Source: Bacteroidota bacterium (lineage in GTDB: Bacteria > Bacteroidota > Ignavibacteria > UBA10030 > UBA6906). Taken from it: a stretch of 64,000 bases of DNA. This document shows positions 9,521 through 22,701 of this stretch, piece after piece. The position numbers and the translations under genes were made by a program. Every line of letters starts with the position of its first letter. The stretch's first letter is position 1. Location: the NCBI GenBank assembly GCA_049670805.1, contig JBATTW010000385.1:18007-82006 (forward strand), given 5' to 3'. The notes beneath the pieces are model-generated. The model was not told the origin of the DNA. It saw only the letters and a list, made by a program, of their open reading frames with translations, and made no database searches.

Positions 9521-11398
9521 TCAGCGCAGGAGATTAATCATCAAAACGGAGACATCGGAAACCGTTATCCCGCTGATACGCGACGCCTGCCCGATAGACC
9601 TTGGTCGAACCCTCTCCAACTTCTCCCTTCCCTCGTTGCTGATGGAGTTAAGAGAAGAAAAGTCAAAGTCGAGGGGAATTCGTATGTTTTCGTTCTTCTC
9701 AAACTGCCGAACCTGTATCTCCTGTCGTTTCAAGTATCCTTCATACTTTACCTCGATATTCACACGCTCGCTGGCCACGAGATCGTCCCGGAGCGTTATC
9801 AGACGCTTATCATGCTGCGCAGAGGGAAGGTCACAGATGTCATTTATATCAACTTCGGGCCGCTTCAGAAACTGGTAGAGCGATTCACTCTCCCGGATGG
9901 GACTTTCCCCCTTTTCTTCCATCAATTTCCTCACTTCCAAAGGTGAAACACGGTTTTCCCTGAGGAACGCTTTTGCATCATCAATGCGCCGCTCCTTTTG
10001 CTGGAGCCGCGCCAGAACTGAATCCGGTACCAGCCCTTTATCGTGGCCCAACCTCATGAGTCGCGAGTCTGCATTGTCTTGCCGTAGTTTCAGCCTGTAC
10101 TCGGCCCGGGAGGTAAATATCCTGTATGGCTCCTCCGTACTCTTGTTTATTAGGTCATCAATCATAACACCAATGTACGCGTCGCTCCGCCGTAATACGA
10201 ACGGATCACCCCCTCTCACCCTTATGGCGGCATTGATGCCGGCAATCAGGCCCTGTCCCGCCGCCTCCTCGTATCCGCTTGTGCCGTTGATCTGACCGGC
10301 GAAAAAGAGTCCCCTTATCCGCTTCGTCTCCAGCGTGTGCTCCAGCTGGTGGGGGGGGAAAAAATCGTACTCCACCGCATACCCGGGCCTGAGCATTTCT
10401 GCCCGCTCCAGGCCGGGTATGGTGGCAATGGCTCTACGTTGCACGTCTTCGGGCAGACTTGTGGAAAAACCGTTCACGTAGAGAATCTCGGATGCATACC
10501 CCTCTGGCTCCAAGAAGATCTGATGCCTCTCGCGCTCTGCAAACCTGTTGATCTTGTCCTCTATTGATGGACAGTATCTGGGACCTACACCTTTGATCCG
10601 ACCCAGGAACAGCGGCGACCTATCAAAGCCGCTCCTCAGGATCCTGTGTGTCTCAGCTGTTGTATGTGTCAGATACATGGGAATCTGACGATTCAGAATG
10701 CGTTGACTCTGATAGGAAAACGGGCGGGCGGGTTCATCCGGCAACTGTTCTTCCGTCAGGCTGAAATCAACTGAGGCAATCCGCAGCCTGGGCGGCGTAC
10801 CTGTTTTCAGCCTTCCGGTGGCAAAACCGAGCTGAGCAAACCGTTCCGTCAGCCCCGACGACGCCGGCTCCCCGTATCTGCCACCCACCAAGACCAGTTC
10901 CCCCGTGTGCATGACCGCATTCAGGAACGTCCCACCGCATAGAACCAAGCACTTGCACCCGATCCTCTCTCCACCCGTTGTCATGATCCCTGCGACCGAC
11001 CCATTCTCAACAATGATATCGCTCAGGCTTTCCTGGATGATGGTTAGGTTTTCTTGGGTCTTAACTCTTCGCTTCGCTTCTCTACTGTACCACTCCCTAT
11101 CACTCTGACACCGGGGCGACCAGACGGCCGGCCCCTTCGATCTGTTCAGCAATCTGAAGTGGATACCTGTTGAATCGGCCAGCTTCCCCATTTCACCCCC
11201 CAGTGCGTCTATCTCCCTCACCAGATGCCCCTTGGCTGTCCCACCAATAGCAGGATTGCAGGACATGCGACCGATTGCCTCAATATCCATGGTAATGAGG
11301 CCAGTCGCACACCCCATCCTCGCCCCAGCTAGAGACGCCTCGATGCCGGCGTGTCCACCACCCACAACAAGGATATCAAATCGTTGCTTTTCTCTCAC
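9521..11398 (-). CDS. mnmG: tRNA uridine-5-carboxymethylaminomethyl modification enzyme MnmG (GidA)
   Basis: 625 aa with FAD-binding N-terminus ([16 protein letters not shown]), in the mnmE-mnmG-rsmG syntenic block. Confidence 0.93.
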   Translation of the reverse strand: MREKQRFDILVVGGGHAGIEASLAGARMGCATGLITMDIEAIGRMSCNPAIGGTAKGHLVREIDALGGEMGKLADSTGIHFRLLNRSKGPAVWSPRCQSDREWYSREAKRRVKTQENLTIIQESLSDIIVENGSVAGIMTTGGERIGCKCLVLCGGTFLNAVMHTGELVLVGGRYGEPASSGLTERFAQLGFATGRLKTGTPPRLRIASVDFSLTEEQLPDEPARPFSYQSQRILNRQIPMYLTHTTAETHRILRSGFDRSPLFLGRIKGVGPRYCPSIEDKINRFAERERHQIFLEPEGYASEILYVNGFSTSLPEDVQRRAIATIPGLERAEMLRPGYAVEYDFFPPHQLEHTLETKRIRGLFFAGQINGTSGYEEAAGQGLIAGINAAIRVRGGDPFVLRRSDAYIGVMIDDLINKSTEEPYRIFTSRAEYRLKLRQDNADSRLMRLGHDKGLVPDSVLARLQQKERRIDDAKAFLRENRVSPLEVRKLMEEKGESPIRESESLYQFLKRPEVDINDICDLPSAQHDKRLITLRDDLVASERVNIEVKYEGYLKRQEIQVRQFEKNENIRIPLDFDFSSLNSISNEGREKLERVRPRSIGQASRISGITVSDVSVLMINLLR

Positions 11399-11427
11399 AT
11401 CCAGAATGTTTCACGTGAAACATTTTC

Positions 11428-12831
11428 CTATTTGCCAATGCAAAACCTGCCGAAAATGCTGTTCAAGATCTCCTCGTTGGTTACCTCACCGGTGATCTCT
11501 GAGAGCACCTCAATAGCCTCTCTGACATCAAAAGCGACGAATTCATTGGTTGCCCCAGCATTCACGGAATTCATTGCTGTCTCCAGACTACTCCTGGACC
11601 TATCGATAGCATCCTTGTGCCGCCGGTTTGTAAGGTAGAACCCTCCCTCTCCCGCATCCGGGCTTCCCACAAGCAGCAATACCAGTGCTTCTTTCATCCG
11701 CTCAACCCCTTCACCCGTTTTTGCTGAAATCCATACTTCCAGGCCCACGTTCTCTCCTATCCTGAACTGTCGGGGGCCCCTCGCTTTCCCAGGGAGCAAA
11801 TCAATCTTGTTGTGCGCTACAAGACAAACTTGCCCCTTTCTCAACTTGCCTACCTGGGCCAGCACATCCTCCCTCTCCTCCCCTGCGGTTGCGTCAGCTA
11901 CAACAATGAGAAGATGACTCCTCTTCACCACAGTCCGACTCCTCTCGACCCCCTCTGCTTCGACAACATCTTCGGACTTGCTCAGCCCTGCCGTGTCTGT
12001 CAAGCGAAAGAGGATTCCTGACAGAGTTATGCTCTCCTCAAGAGAATCGCGCGTCGTGCCGGGAATAGGGGTAACAATTGCTCTGTCAGACTTGAGAAGC
12101 AGATTGAAAAGGCTTGATTTGCCAACATTGGGTTTTCCCACAATTGCGGCCGGGACCCCTTCCCGGAAATGTCTCCCAACATCAAAAGAGCCTGCCATTT
12201 CCGACAATAATCGGATTACGCGAACCACCTCTTCTTTGATCCGCTCCCGGCTGATTACCTCGATCCCCTCTTCAGCGAAGTCAAGGTCAATTTCCAGCAG
12301 AGAACAGAGGTCGAGCAACGATGAACGCATCCTCTTCACGTGGGCCGCCAACCTCCCATCCAGCTGCTCGATGGAGGAGAGATGTGCTCTCCGGCTGCGT
12401 GCAGCAATGAGGTCAGCAACAGCCTCTGCCTGCGAGAGGTCAATTTTTCCGTTCAAAAATGCTCTTTTCGTGAATTCGCCCGGTTCTGCTTGGCGCGCGC
12501 CCGATTCCAGGAGGAGCTCAAGTACCTTGTGTGTGACCAGAATTCCCCCATGACAGGAAAACTCCACTGAATCTTCACCTGTGTAGGAACGAGGTGAGCG
12601 GAAAACAGTTGCAACAGCCTCATCCATGTGAGCGCCCCCGGCGTCGCAAATCCAGCCATGTTGTGCAGTGTATCCTTCGGTCTCGCAGAGGGGAGTGCCT
12701 CCAGTGAACACCCTGTCGGCAATCTGAAGAGCGGCGGGACCGCTGATGCGAACAACCGAGAGGGCTCCCTCTCCTATCGGCGTCGCAATTGCGGCAATCG
12801 TGTCCTCGCGGTGAAGCTCCATGGGGAACAC
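11428..12831 (-). CDS. mnmE: tRNA modification GTPase MnmE (TrmE)
   Basis: 467 aa with TrmE N-terminal domain, G-domain (GKPNVGKSSL), and a C-terminal C(I)GK motif. Confidence 0.92.
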   Translation of the reverse strand: MFPMELHREDTIAAIATPIGEGALSVVRISGPAALQIADRVFTGGTPLCETEGYTAQHGWICDAGGAHMDEAVATVFRSPRSYTGEDSVEFSCHGGILVTHKVLELLLESGARQAEPGEFTKRAFLNGKIDLSQAEAVADLIAARSRRAHLSSIEQLDGRLAAHVKRMRSSLLDLCSLLEIDLDFAEEGIEVISRERIKEEVVRVIRLLSEMAGSFDVGRHFREGVPAAIVGKPNVGKSSLFNLLLKSDRAIVTPIPGTTRDSLEESITLSGILFRLTDTAGLSKSEDVVEAEGVERSRTVVKRSHLLIVVADATAGEEREDVLAQVGKLRKGQVCLVAHNKIDLLPGKARGPRQFRIGENVGLEVWISAKTGEGVERMKEALVLLLVGSPDAGEGGFYLTNRRHKDAIDRSRSSLETAMNSVNAGATNEFVAFDVREAIEVLSEITGEVTNEEILNSIFGRFCIGK

Positions 12832-12883
12832 AAGTTACACATTTCCGCTCGGAGTATCAACGAAGGCCACCTACAACATGGAC

Positions 12884-12912
12884 AAAAAAAAGGCCCGCCG
12901 GTCTGGCGGGCC
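12884..12912 (-). terminator. Intrinsic terminator downstream of yidC
   Basis: Minus-strand RNA reads GGCCCGCC-AGAC-CGGCGGGCC followed by eight U (plus strand shows the A8 run at 12884-12891). Located 25 bp after the yidC stop. Confidence 0.7.
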
Positions 12913-12936
12913 TTTGTCCCTCTACTGGAATTGTCT

Positions 12937-14742
12937 CTATCGAATCTTCGGGAGGTCTTTTGTAATCTTTCCCATAAACCCACCGCTCTTTTTCTTCCGA
13001 TCGACTTTCCGCAGCGGCTCATCTCCGTGACTCTTTTTCAGCCACATCTGCTGCACGATAGAGAGCAGGTTGAAGACGAAGTAGTAGAGATTAAGCCCGG
13101 ATGGAAGGCTATTGAATATCAGTGTCAGCATGATCGGCATAAGCCACACCATTGCTTTCTGTCGCGGATCTGTAACGGTCATCTTCTGTTGGACAAACAT
13201 CGTCGCCCCCATTGCCAGAGCGACGCCGCTTATCTCGGATATCCCGACAACAGGGATTTCAAAGGGAAGGGTAAAAACTACGTCCGGCACCGAGAGATCA
13301 TCAATCCACAACGCAAAGCTCGCCTGGCGCAGCTCTATGGAAGACCGGAGAACGGACCAGAGAGCAAAGAGGATGGGCATCTGCAATAACAGAGGTAAAC
13401 AGCCGGCGGCTGGATTGACCCCGTACTCCTTGTAGAGATTCATGATCTGCTGATTCATCTTCTCCGGGTTGTCTTTCTGCTTCTCCCGGATCTCGGCCAT
13501 CATTGGCTGAAGCGCTTGCATTCGACGCATGGACTTCATGCTGGTCTTGCTCAGCGGATGAAGAACTATCTTGATAATGAACGAAAAGACGATGATTACC
13601 ACCCCGTAATTCGGTATCAGCATCTTCAAGAACGAGAAGAGCGGAATCATGACGTATTCCGCAATCGGCCTGATGACCCAGGCTGCCCCCAGATTCATCA
13701 TCTCCTCAAGCCCCTTTTCGTAGGACTTCACAATGTCATAATCGAGGGGGCCCAGATAGACGGTTATGCCGGCTGATTCCCGACCCACCCCCTTGAACGG
13801 CATTTTCAAGGCAAGCAGGTAGCCCTCTTTTACACCCTTATTCGGAAGTTGTGTCCGGGCCCCTTCAACATACGCTCCCTGGGGTAGGCCGTCCCGGCCC
13901 AGAAGCGCAACCGTAAAATACTTGTTCCGCGTTGCCACCCATGCTGTCGATCCTGTGATGTCTCGACTTTCGACCTCCCCGATGCTCGACGCGTCAACCT
14001 CGGTAATCTCTCCTCCCGAGTATGCATATCCCATAGCGTAGTTGGATTCATCGACGCTGTTTCGTTCCGCATAGCGCACACCATGTTCCCAGACCACCTG
14101 AAACTCATAGTTGGTGATGACGTCGCCCAAGTTGACGAACTCCCAGTCGACATCAAAGGAGTAGCTCCCATTTGTAAACGTCATCCTCTTGATCAACCGC
14201 CTTCTCTCGTCAATCCGCAGCTCTAGCTCAACGATCAATTGGTCATCACCCCACAACTCGCGCCTCTCCCAGGGTGCAAATGCACCCTCGAAATAGAGTT
14301 CTCGCGTGTTGACCAGCTTCCCGTCGCTGGAGGTGAACAGCAGGCTGAGCTCGCCTCCGCTATCATACTCGATCAGCTGTACCGGGTACTTGTCCCAGGT
14401 CTTGAAATTCTCAAGCTCCCATTTTCTCAGAAGACCACCCCTCGTCGTGATCTCGGCAGTATACAGATCCGTCTTCACAACGAGAACTTTCTCCGCTCCG
14501 CTCTGCAGGTGCGTGAAAAAACGGCCAAGCGAGTCGGGTTGACTCGCCGCCGGAAGTGCAGATACGATCGGCTCCCTCTCAACTTCTGCCCTTTCAGCCG
14601 TGTCACTTGCCCGTCTGTCAGATTGCTCCAGTGTGTCTGCGCCGGCAGTCTGTTTTTCCTCCGGCGGCGGCGCCTGAACCCACATCCAGACGATCAGCAC
14701 CAGGCCGATGAGTATGAAACCAAATGTTGTTTGCTTATCCAT
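12937..14742 (-). CDS. yidC: Membrane protein insertase YidC (long periplasmic domain form)
   Basis: 601 aa with N-terminal TM, a large periplasmic domain and a C-terminal 5-TM 60-kDa-IMP core. Follows yidD. Confidence 0.9.
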   Translation of the reverse strand: MDKQTTFGFILIGLVLIVWMWVQAPPPEEKQTAGADTLEQSDRRASDTAERAEVEREPIVSALPAASQPDSLGRFFTHLQSGAEKVLVVKTDLYTAEITTRGGLLRKWELENFKTWDKYPVQLIEYDSGGELSLLFTSSDGKLVNTRELYFEGAFAPWERRELWGDDQLIVELELRIDERRRLIKRMTFTNGSYSFDVDWEFVNLGDVITNYEFQVVWEHGVRYAERNSVDESNYAMGYAYSGGEITEVDASSIGEVESRDITGSTAWVATRNKYFTVALLGRDGLPQGAYVEGARTQLPNKGVKEGYLLALKMPFKGVGRESAGITVYLGPLDYDIVKSYEKGLEEMMNLGAAWVIRPIAEYVMIPLFSFLKMLIPNYGVVIIVFSFIIKIVLHPLSKTSMKSMRRMQALQPMMAEIREKQKDNPEKMNQQIMNLYKEYGVNPAAGCLPLLLQMPILFALWSVLRSSIELRQASFALWIDDLSVPDVVFTLPFEIPVVGISEISGVALAMGATMFVQQKMTVTDPRQKAMVWLMPIMLTLIFNSLPSGLNLYYFVFNLLSIVQQMWLKKSHGDEPLRKVDRKKKSGGFMGKITKDLPKIR

Positions 14743-14770
14743 CTTTCTACGCTCTTTTCATGTTGGGGTC

Positions 14771-14980
14771 TCACGCAGGATCGTAGCCGCCCGGATGGAA
14801 CGGGTGGCACCGGCCCACCCGCCTAGCAGCGCGCCACATTCCCTTCCACGGCCCATACTTTCTAACGGCATCGACAGCGTATGTCGAACAACTGGGATAG
14901 AATCTGCAGGTGTTTGGAGGGAAGATAGGAGATACGAGAATCTGATACGCCCGCAGGAAAACCAGAACAACCGATTTCAT
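14771..14980 (-). CDS. yidD: Membrane protein insertion efficiency factor YidD
   Basis: 69 aa with conserved CRF.PSCS.Y motif, between rnpA and yidC. Confidence 0.85.
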   Translation of the reverse strand: MKSVVLVFLRAYQILVSPIFPPNTCRFYPSCSTYAVDAVRKYGPWKGMWRAARRVGRCHPFHPGGYDPA

Positions 14981-14990
14981 GATGTGCCTA

Positions 14991-15359
14991 TTACAGCTTT
15001 CGTGAAACGGCCAGGCAGACCTCCGCTATATCGGTACGCACCGGACCTAGCCCGAGCCGTCGTACATCCACCGTGGTAGCCGGTCTGAATATAAAAAGGA
15101 GGGAAGCAGATAGCTCCGACCGCTGCAGTCTGTCGGCGAGAATCCCCTGCTCCCACATAAAGGCCTCCCGCATTAACCTCTTCACCCGATTCCGCTGTAC
15201 GGCATTCAGTTTCCTTCGCGGAACCACGAAGCCGGCCCGCACACGGGAGCCGGACTCAACAAGAGCGTAACACCTCACCAACCGTCCGTCAAAACGGCGC
15301 CCCCCTCGGAACACCTTCTCGAAAGCCGTCCGGCCTCGGAGTGTCTGCTCTCTCTTCAA
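14991..15359 (-). CDS. rnpA: Ribonuclease P protein component RnpA
   Basis: 122-aa basic protein with the RNR motif region, immediately after rpmH. Confidence 0.85.
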   Translation of the reverse strand: MKREQTLRGRTAFEKVFRGGRRFDGRLVRCYALVESGSRVRAGFVVPRRKLNAVQRNRVKRLMREAFMWEQGILADRLQRSELSASLLFIFRPATTVDVRRLGLGPVRTDIAEVCLAVSRKL

Positions 15360-15506
15360 CTACCGTTCATCACTTACGCTGAGTTTATGGCGTCCCCTTG
15401 CCCGTCTCCGTGCAAGGACCCTTCGGCCACTCTTTGTTGACATCCGTTCCCGGAAGCCGTGTGTGTTTTTCCTCTTCCGCTTGTGGGGCTGGTATGTTCG
15501 CTTCAT
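15360..15506 (-). CDS. rpmH: 50S ribosomal protein L34
   Basis: Internal start of track ORF 15360..15650 gives [48 protein letters not shown] (48 aa), the canonical L34 sequence. ATG is at 15506. Confidence 0.9.
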   Translation of the reverse strand: MKRTYQPHKRKRKNTHGFRERMSTKSGRRVLARRRARGRHKLSVSDER

Positions 15507-15883
15507 TGACCCGGGCCTCCTCTCGATACATTTTGCCCTGCCCCGAAAGACCGCGAAAAAAAGAGGGTTGCCCCATCGGGGACAATCCTCGGCGTATGCG
15601 ATCCTCAGGTAGGAGGGCGAACAAAAATCTACAAAAAATGCGCCACACATTCAACTCCGGGTTAAGAATCCGGCGCTACTTTCTGCTTGCGCGGGCCCCC
15701 GCCAGGTGTTATACTTCAGCTACCGCAGAAAGCCAAATGTGGTGTTGATAACATGTGAAGAGGTGTCTTCTTCTCGAACGATCTCTTGTTGGAAGGTACT
15801 TCCCAGGCTTGGCGCTTCTGTTGACAACTGCCTCCGAAGACATCAACTTCTTCTGAATCAAGCAGTTATGGCGACCAACATCT

Positions 15884-15977
15884 TGTGGATAACTGTTGAT
15901 CATGCTGACAGCGGTTTTGCTGATATTCATCGCCATGTGCATATCCTCGTGAATAACCCACTTTCGGGTGTTGATAA
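15884..15977. promoter_or_regulatory. Upstream DnaA-box cluster in the rpmH-dnaA intergenic region (dnaA promoter / left half of bipartite oriC)
   Basis: Perfect TGTGGATAA (rc TTATCCACA) at about 15884-15892, TGTTGATAA (one mismatch) at about 15969-15977, and weaker CGTGAATAA at about 15948-15956. Confidence 0.6.
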
Positions 15978-16000
15978 CTCCCGTATTGGTTGATATAACT

Positions 16001-17473
16001 ATGGATACACCCCTTCACTCAACACAAGAGCAGACCGAAACACAGGAAGCTGGGGATGCCTGGGCTGCGTCCCTGGAACTGATCCGCGAACGTGTCAATA
16101 CCCAAAGCTTCAAAACGTGGTTTGAGCCTATCGTGCCGCTCCACCTCCGAGGCGGAACTCTGACCGTCCAGGTACCAAGTCAGTTCTTCTACGACTGGCT
16201 CGAGGAGCATTACTACAATATCATTACCTCTACGATCAACAAGGTCCTCGGTAATGATGCGAAACTCGAGTACTCTCTCCGCAAAGAGGAGCCGGCCGTT
16301 GATCTGGAATACCACGTGTCTCAACCTGCACCGGTCAGGCGGGACCAGCCGTACTACTCGCCCCACCTGAATTCCATCAGCATCCCAACGCGCACCGCAC
16401 AGCCGTCTCGGAGACGCGATATTTATACGAGCGCCTTCCAGAGCTACCTCAACCCCCGGTACACGTTTGACACCTTTATCAAGGGAGATAGCAATCAACT
16501 CGCAAGAGCCGCTGCATCGGCGGTTGCCAACAACCCGGGAGGGACCTCCTTCAACCCGCTGGTAATCTACGGCGGCACCGGTCTGGGAAAAACTCATCTT
16601 ATTCAGGCCATCGGAAATTCGGCTCTGGCGCACAGGAAGGCTCAGCGGGTAATGTACGTCTCCAGCGAGAAGTTCACGGTCGAGTTCGTAGATGCCATCC
16701 AGAGCGACCGCATATCCGACTTTTCGAACTTCTACCGAAGCATGGACATTCTCATTGTGGATGATATCCAGTTCTTTTCCGGAAAGGAGAAGACGCAGGA
16801 CAACTTCTTCCATACCTTCAACGAGCTACATCAAATCGGAAAACAAATCGTGTTATCGTCCGATAGACCCCCAAAGGAGCTCAAGGGTCTCGACGATCGC
16901 CTCCTCTCCAGATTCCAGTGGGGTTTGACTGCAGATATTCAGCTCCCCGACCTGGAGACCCGCATCGCCATTCTGAAGGCAAAGAGTGAAGCAGACGGAA
17001 TCGATCTTCCACAGGACGTTATTGAGTGTATTGCGGCCAATGTGACATCCAATGTTCGGGAGCTCGAGGGATGCCTTATCGGTCTTCTGGCAAAAGCGTC
17101 GCTCGAGGGTCGGGACATTTCCGTTGATCTGGCGCGCGAGGTTCTGAAAGTCGTTGTGGGTGATGTACGTTCCCCACTTACCATAGAGACCATCCAGCAG
17201 ACGGTATGCGAGTATTTCAACCTCCCCGAGGACCTGATCCGGGCAAAAACAAGGAAGCAGGAAGTCGTAAACGCCCGCCAGATCGCCATGTATCTTGCCA
17301 AAGAACTCACCAATTGTTCGCTAAAAACCATTGGCCTCCATTTTGGCGGGAGGGATCATAGCACGGTCATCCATGCATATCAGTCGGTTGAAGATCAGAT
17401 GCGTCTTGACTCTAAGTTCCAGGGTAACGTCCAGCAGATTCAACGAAGACTGCAGATGCTGAGTCACGTTTAG
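16001..17473 (+). CDS. dnaA: Chromosomal replication initiator protein DnaA
   Basis: AAA+ Walker A GGTGLGKTHL, conserved N-terminus (SFKTWFEPI), C-terminal DnaA-box binding domain. ATG at 16001 preferred over the track's GTG at 15968. Confidence 0.93.
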   Translation: MDTPLHSTQEQTETQEAGDAWAASLELIRERVNTQSFKTWFEPIVPLHLRGGTLTVQVPSQFFYDWLEEHYYNIITSTINKVLGNDAKLEYSLRKEEPAVDLEYHVSQPAPVRRDQPYYSPHLNSISIPTRTAQPSRRRDIYTSAFQSYLNPRYTFDTFIKGDSNQLARAAASAVANNPGGTSFNPLVIYGGTGLGKTHLIQAIGNSALAHRKAQRVMYVSSEKFTVEFVDAIQSDRISDFSNFYRSMDILIVDDIQFFSGKEKTQDNFFHTFNELHQIGKQIVLSSDRPPKELKGLDDRLLSRFQWGLTADIQLPDLETRIAILKAKSEADGIDLPQDVIECIAANVTSNVRELEGCLIGLLAKASLEGRDISVDLAREVLKVVVGDVRSPLTIETIQQTVCEYFNLPEDLIRAKTRKQEVVNARQIAMYLAKELTNCSLKTIGLHFGGRDHSTVIHAYQSVEDQMRLDSKFQGNVQQIQRRLQMLSHV

Positions 17474-17984
17474 CACTTCAGCAATACAATCTTTGTTCCA
17501 CAACCTTTCAACTCTCCCAGCAGTTCTACCACTACGTAGTGTCCCGATATTCCGCTGCTTCGCGCGTATGCATTCCTGTGTACTATTCTCTGTTGCACAC
17601 TAGCTTCTGATACATTGTGGAAAGGAGTGGGGAAAGTCTGTGAGTTCATGTTACCTGCCTGTGAATAGAGTCCCTCTTGCAGGGTTCCCCATGAATGGTT
17701 GCTGGAGTGTGTGGGCAGTTCATGCAGTTATCCACCCGGTTCACCCTGAGAAATTATGTAATACAAATACTACCCACTATTAGCCACTCAATAACTTAGC
17801 AACAAGATCTACCCGTTATCCACAATTCCACACTATTATTACTAATCTCTTTACTACATAAGAGAACTTATTGTATTAATAGCAGCCCCACGCTCGGTGG
17901 ATTATTTCACAAAAATTTGGTAAATTAGTAAGGTTTTGAAGCTCTTTCTGAAACGCTGCAGCCATCTCACTAGAGGAGATAGCC
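17474..17984. other. oriC core between dnaA and dnaN: DnaA boxes plus an AT-rich DNA unwinding element
   Basis: TTATCCACC at about 17728-17736, perfect TTATCCACA at about 17816-17824, GGTGGATTA at about 17896-17904, and several 2-mismatch boxes at 17500-17640. A markedly AT-rich stretch at about 17750-17880 sits in an otherwise ~60% GC genome. No credible ORF. Confidence 0.7.
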
Positions 17985-19100
17985 ATGAAATTTGCCGCCG
18001 GTAGCACCGATCTCCAGCGTACACTAAGTAAACTCAGCGGGGTGCTTCCCTCTAGGTCGACAATGCCAATCCTCGAGAATATCCTCTTTGATCTTACCGG
18101 CAACAACCTCACAATGACTGCCACGGATCTTTCTCTCACGCTTACGGTTGGAATGGAGGTTCAGGGGATAGAGGACGGAAAAGTAGCAGTTCCTGCAAAA
18201 AGACTCGTGGATACCATACGTTCGCTTCCGGACATAAATGCAACCTTTTCCGTTGATTCCGGCGCTGACAGGGTGATGATCAGTACTTCCAACGGCGAAT
18301 ATACGCTCGTTGGAGAAAGTGCGAAGGATTATCCCCAGGTTCCTCCGTTTCAGGCGGCTGGGTCATTGGAGTTTGAGACGGACGTACTGAGAGGTATAAT
18401 ATACCGAACGGTCTTTGCTGTGAGTAGCGATGAACTACGTCCCGCAATGATGGGAGTACTCTTCCAGTCTTATGAGGGAGCACTACGAGTTGTTTCCACG
18501 GACGGCCACCGGTTGGTACGGCTGGTATACCAAGGTGTGGATCTTACCGCGCTGAAGAAAGACATCATCATCCCAGCAAAGGCCCTTTCGGTTCTTGCGC
18601 GCTCCACCGATGGGAGGAAGATAGACTGTAGTTTTAGCACCACTCATGCTCGCTTTGAATTCGAGAACTCTGTTCTTGTGACGCGCTTGATCGATGAAAC
18701 CTACCCAAATTACGAGAGCGTGATTCCCGCCGAAAACGACAAGACGCTTCGGATAGATCGAGAACAACTTATTGGAGCTATTCGACGCGTCGCTCTTTAC
18801 GCAAGTGCTGCCACACACCAGGTTAGGCTGACTGTCAGTCCGGCCTCTCTCGTTATTACGGCACAAGATGTTGACTTTGGCGGAGAGGCAAAAGAGAATG
18901 TGTCCTGTGAATACTCGGCAGAGGAAATGGACATCGGGTTCAATTCGGTCTACCTGACGGACATCCTTTCACACCTCGAGGGCAGCGAAGTTCAGATCAA
19001 GTTCAGCTCACCGACGCGGGCTGCAATCGTTGCACCGGTGGAAGGTGCCGGCGAAGAAGATGTTCTGATGCTTGTTATGCCTGTGCGGCTAAATACGTGA
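17985..19100 (+). CDS. dnaN: DNA polymerase III beta sliding clamp DnaN
   Basis: 371 aa with three-domain clamp and MKF...LQRTLS N-terminus. A strong SD (AGGAGA) precedes the ATG. Confidence 0.92.
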   Translation: MKFAAGSTDLQRTLSKLSGVLPSRSTMPILENILFDLTGNNLTMTATDLSLTLTVGMEVQGIEDGKVAVPAKRLVDTIRSLPDINATFSVDSGADRVMISTSNGEYTLVGESAKDYPQVPPFQAAGSLEFETDVLRGIIYRTVFAVSSDELRPAMMGVLFQSYEGALRVVSTDGHRLVRLVYQGVDLTALKKDIIIPAKALSVLARSTDGRKIDCSFSTTHARFEFENSVLVTRLIDETYPNYESVIPAENDKTLRIDREQLIGAIRRVALYASAATHQVRLTVSPASLVITAQDVDFGGEAKENVSCEYSAEEMDIGFNSVYLTDILSHLEGSEVQIKFSSPTRAAIVAPVEGAGEEDVLMLVMPVRLNT

Positions 19101-19178
19101 GCGATGCCGAGCATGCCGTAGTGCAGAAAGCCTCGTCCGTGGCGGGGCTACTGTATTCTAGTGGAGTAATACTGACCG

Positions 19179-20301
19179 ATGGTAGTCACGGAGCTGAGAC
19201 TGAAAAACTTTCGGAACCACGTTATGACACGGCTGGAATTCGGTGAAGGTGTCAACGCGCTGGTTGGGGGTAACGGTCAGGGCAAGACAAACGTTCTGGA
19301 AGCGTTATCGTATCTTAGTTTGACGAAGAGCTTCTTTGCCGCAAACGATGCGACCGTTATACAGATCGGGAAAGAATCCTTTGAAGTTGATGGAACCATA
19401 CAGGACACGACGGGCTCCAATCATGAGGTTATGGTGAGCTACTCACGGACGAGCCGTGAGAAGGTCGTACGGGTTGACCGGAGCAAACCAGAGACGCTTG
19501 CATCGGTTGTGGGAAAGTTTCCCGTTGTTATTCTGTCGCCGGATCATGGCTCTATTTCTGCGGGAGGACCGTCGGAACGCAGAAAGTTCATGGACATTCT
19601 GCTTTCTCAGACGAGCCGATCGTACCTGGAAGATCTGCTGGAGTACCGGAGGGCGCTGCGGCAGAAGAACCGACTTCTCATGCGGGCAAAGATGGAAGGC
19701 GTCCGTCCAGGCGCGTCGCTCGAACCGTGGAGTATCAGTCTGGCAAGGCACGGAGGGAGGATCATGCGGCGCAGGCGGGATTTTGCGAAGGAATTTCAGC
19801 CGTTTGTGAGGCGTGCATATACCGCACTTGCTGAAGAGAAAGAACAACCGGAAGTGACGTATGTACCGACGGTGGCTGTTTCTCCAGACGCGCCATCGGG
19901 CGAAATTGAGAGGGTCCTGGCACAGCGTATGGAGGCGTCCCGTAGGGAGGAGGAACGGCGGGGATTGAGTCTGACAGGACCTCACCGGGATGAGTTGAAA
20001 TTGTGTATTGACAGCAGGAGGGTGCAAGAGTATGCATCGCAGGGGCAACACAAGACGCTTCTGGTTGCTCTCAAGGTTGCAGAATTCTGGTTTATGAAGG
20101 AGCGGATTACAGAAACACCGGCACTTCTGCTTGATGACGTCTTTGGCGAGCTGGATCCACAGCGTTCACGTAGAATGCTCAGCCTCGTGCCGGAAATGGG
20201 GCAGACTGTTGTGACGACGACCGACGAACGATTCTTCGAAAATGCGGTGCAGTGGAACGGTCGGAACAAGAGATACTTTGTGGAAAAGGGAGTCTGTCGC
20301 A

Positions 20302-20309
<8 letters not shown>
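19179..20309 (+). CDS. recF: DNA replication and repair protein RecF
   Basis: 376 aa with Walker A GGNGQGKTN and SMC-like signature, downstream of dnaN. Confidence 0.9.
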
Positions 20310-22675
<2,366 letters not shown>

Positions 22676-22701
22676 ATTTTTTTCGCAGTGACAGGAAGAA
22701 C

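Noticed and set aside
12628-13389. 253-aa plus-strand ORF
   Set aside because: It is antisense across mnmE, the terminator and yidC, and is interrupted functionally by the yidC terminator hairpin. It is spurious.
15651-15967. Small ORFs (15706..15993 +, 15709..15942 -) in the rpmH-dnaA spacer
   Set aside because: They overlap the DnaA-box cluster and dnaA promoter region. They have no SD and no conservation signal, so the region is better explained as regulatory DNA.
16019-16813. 264-aa minus-strand ORF inside dnaA
   Set aside because: It is antisense to the DnaA AAA+ domain. DnaA is certain, so the shadow ORF is spurious.
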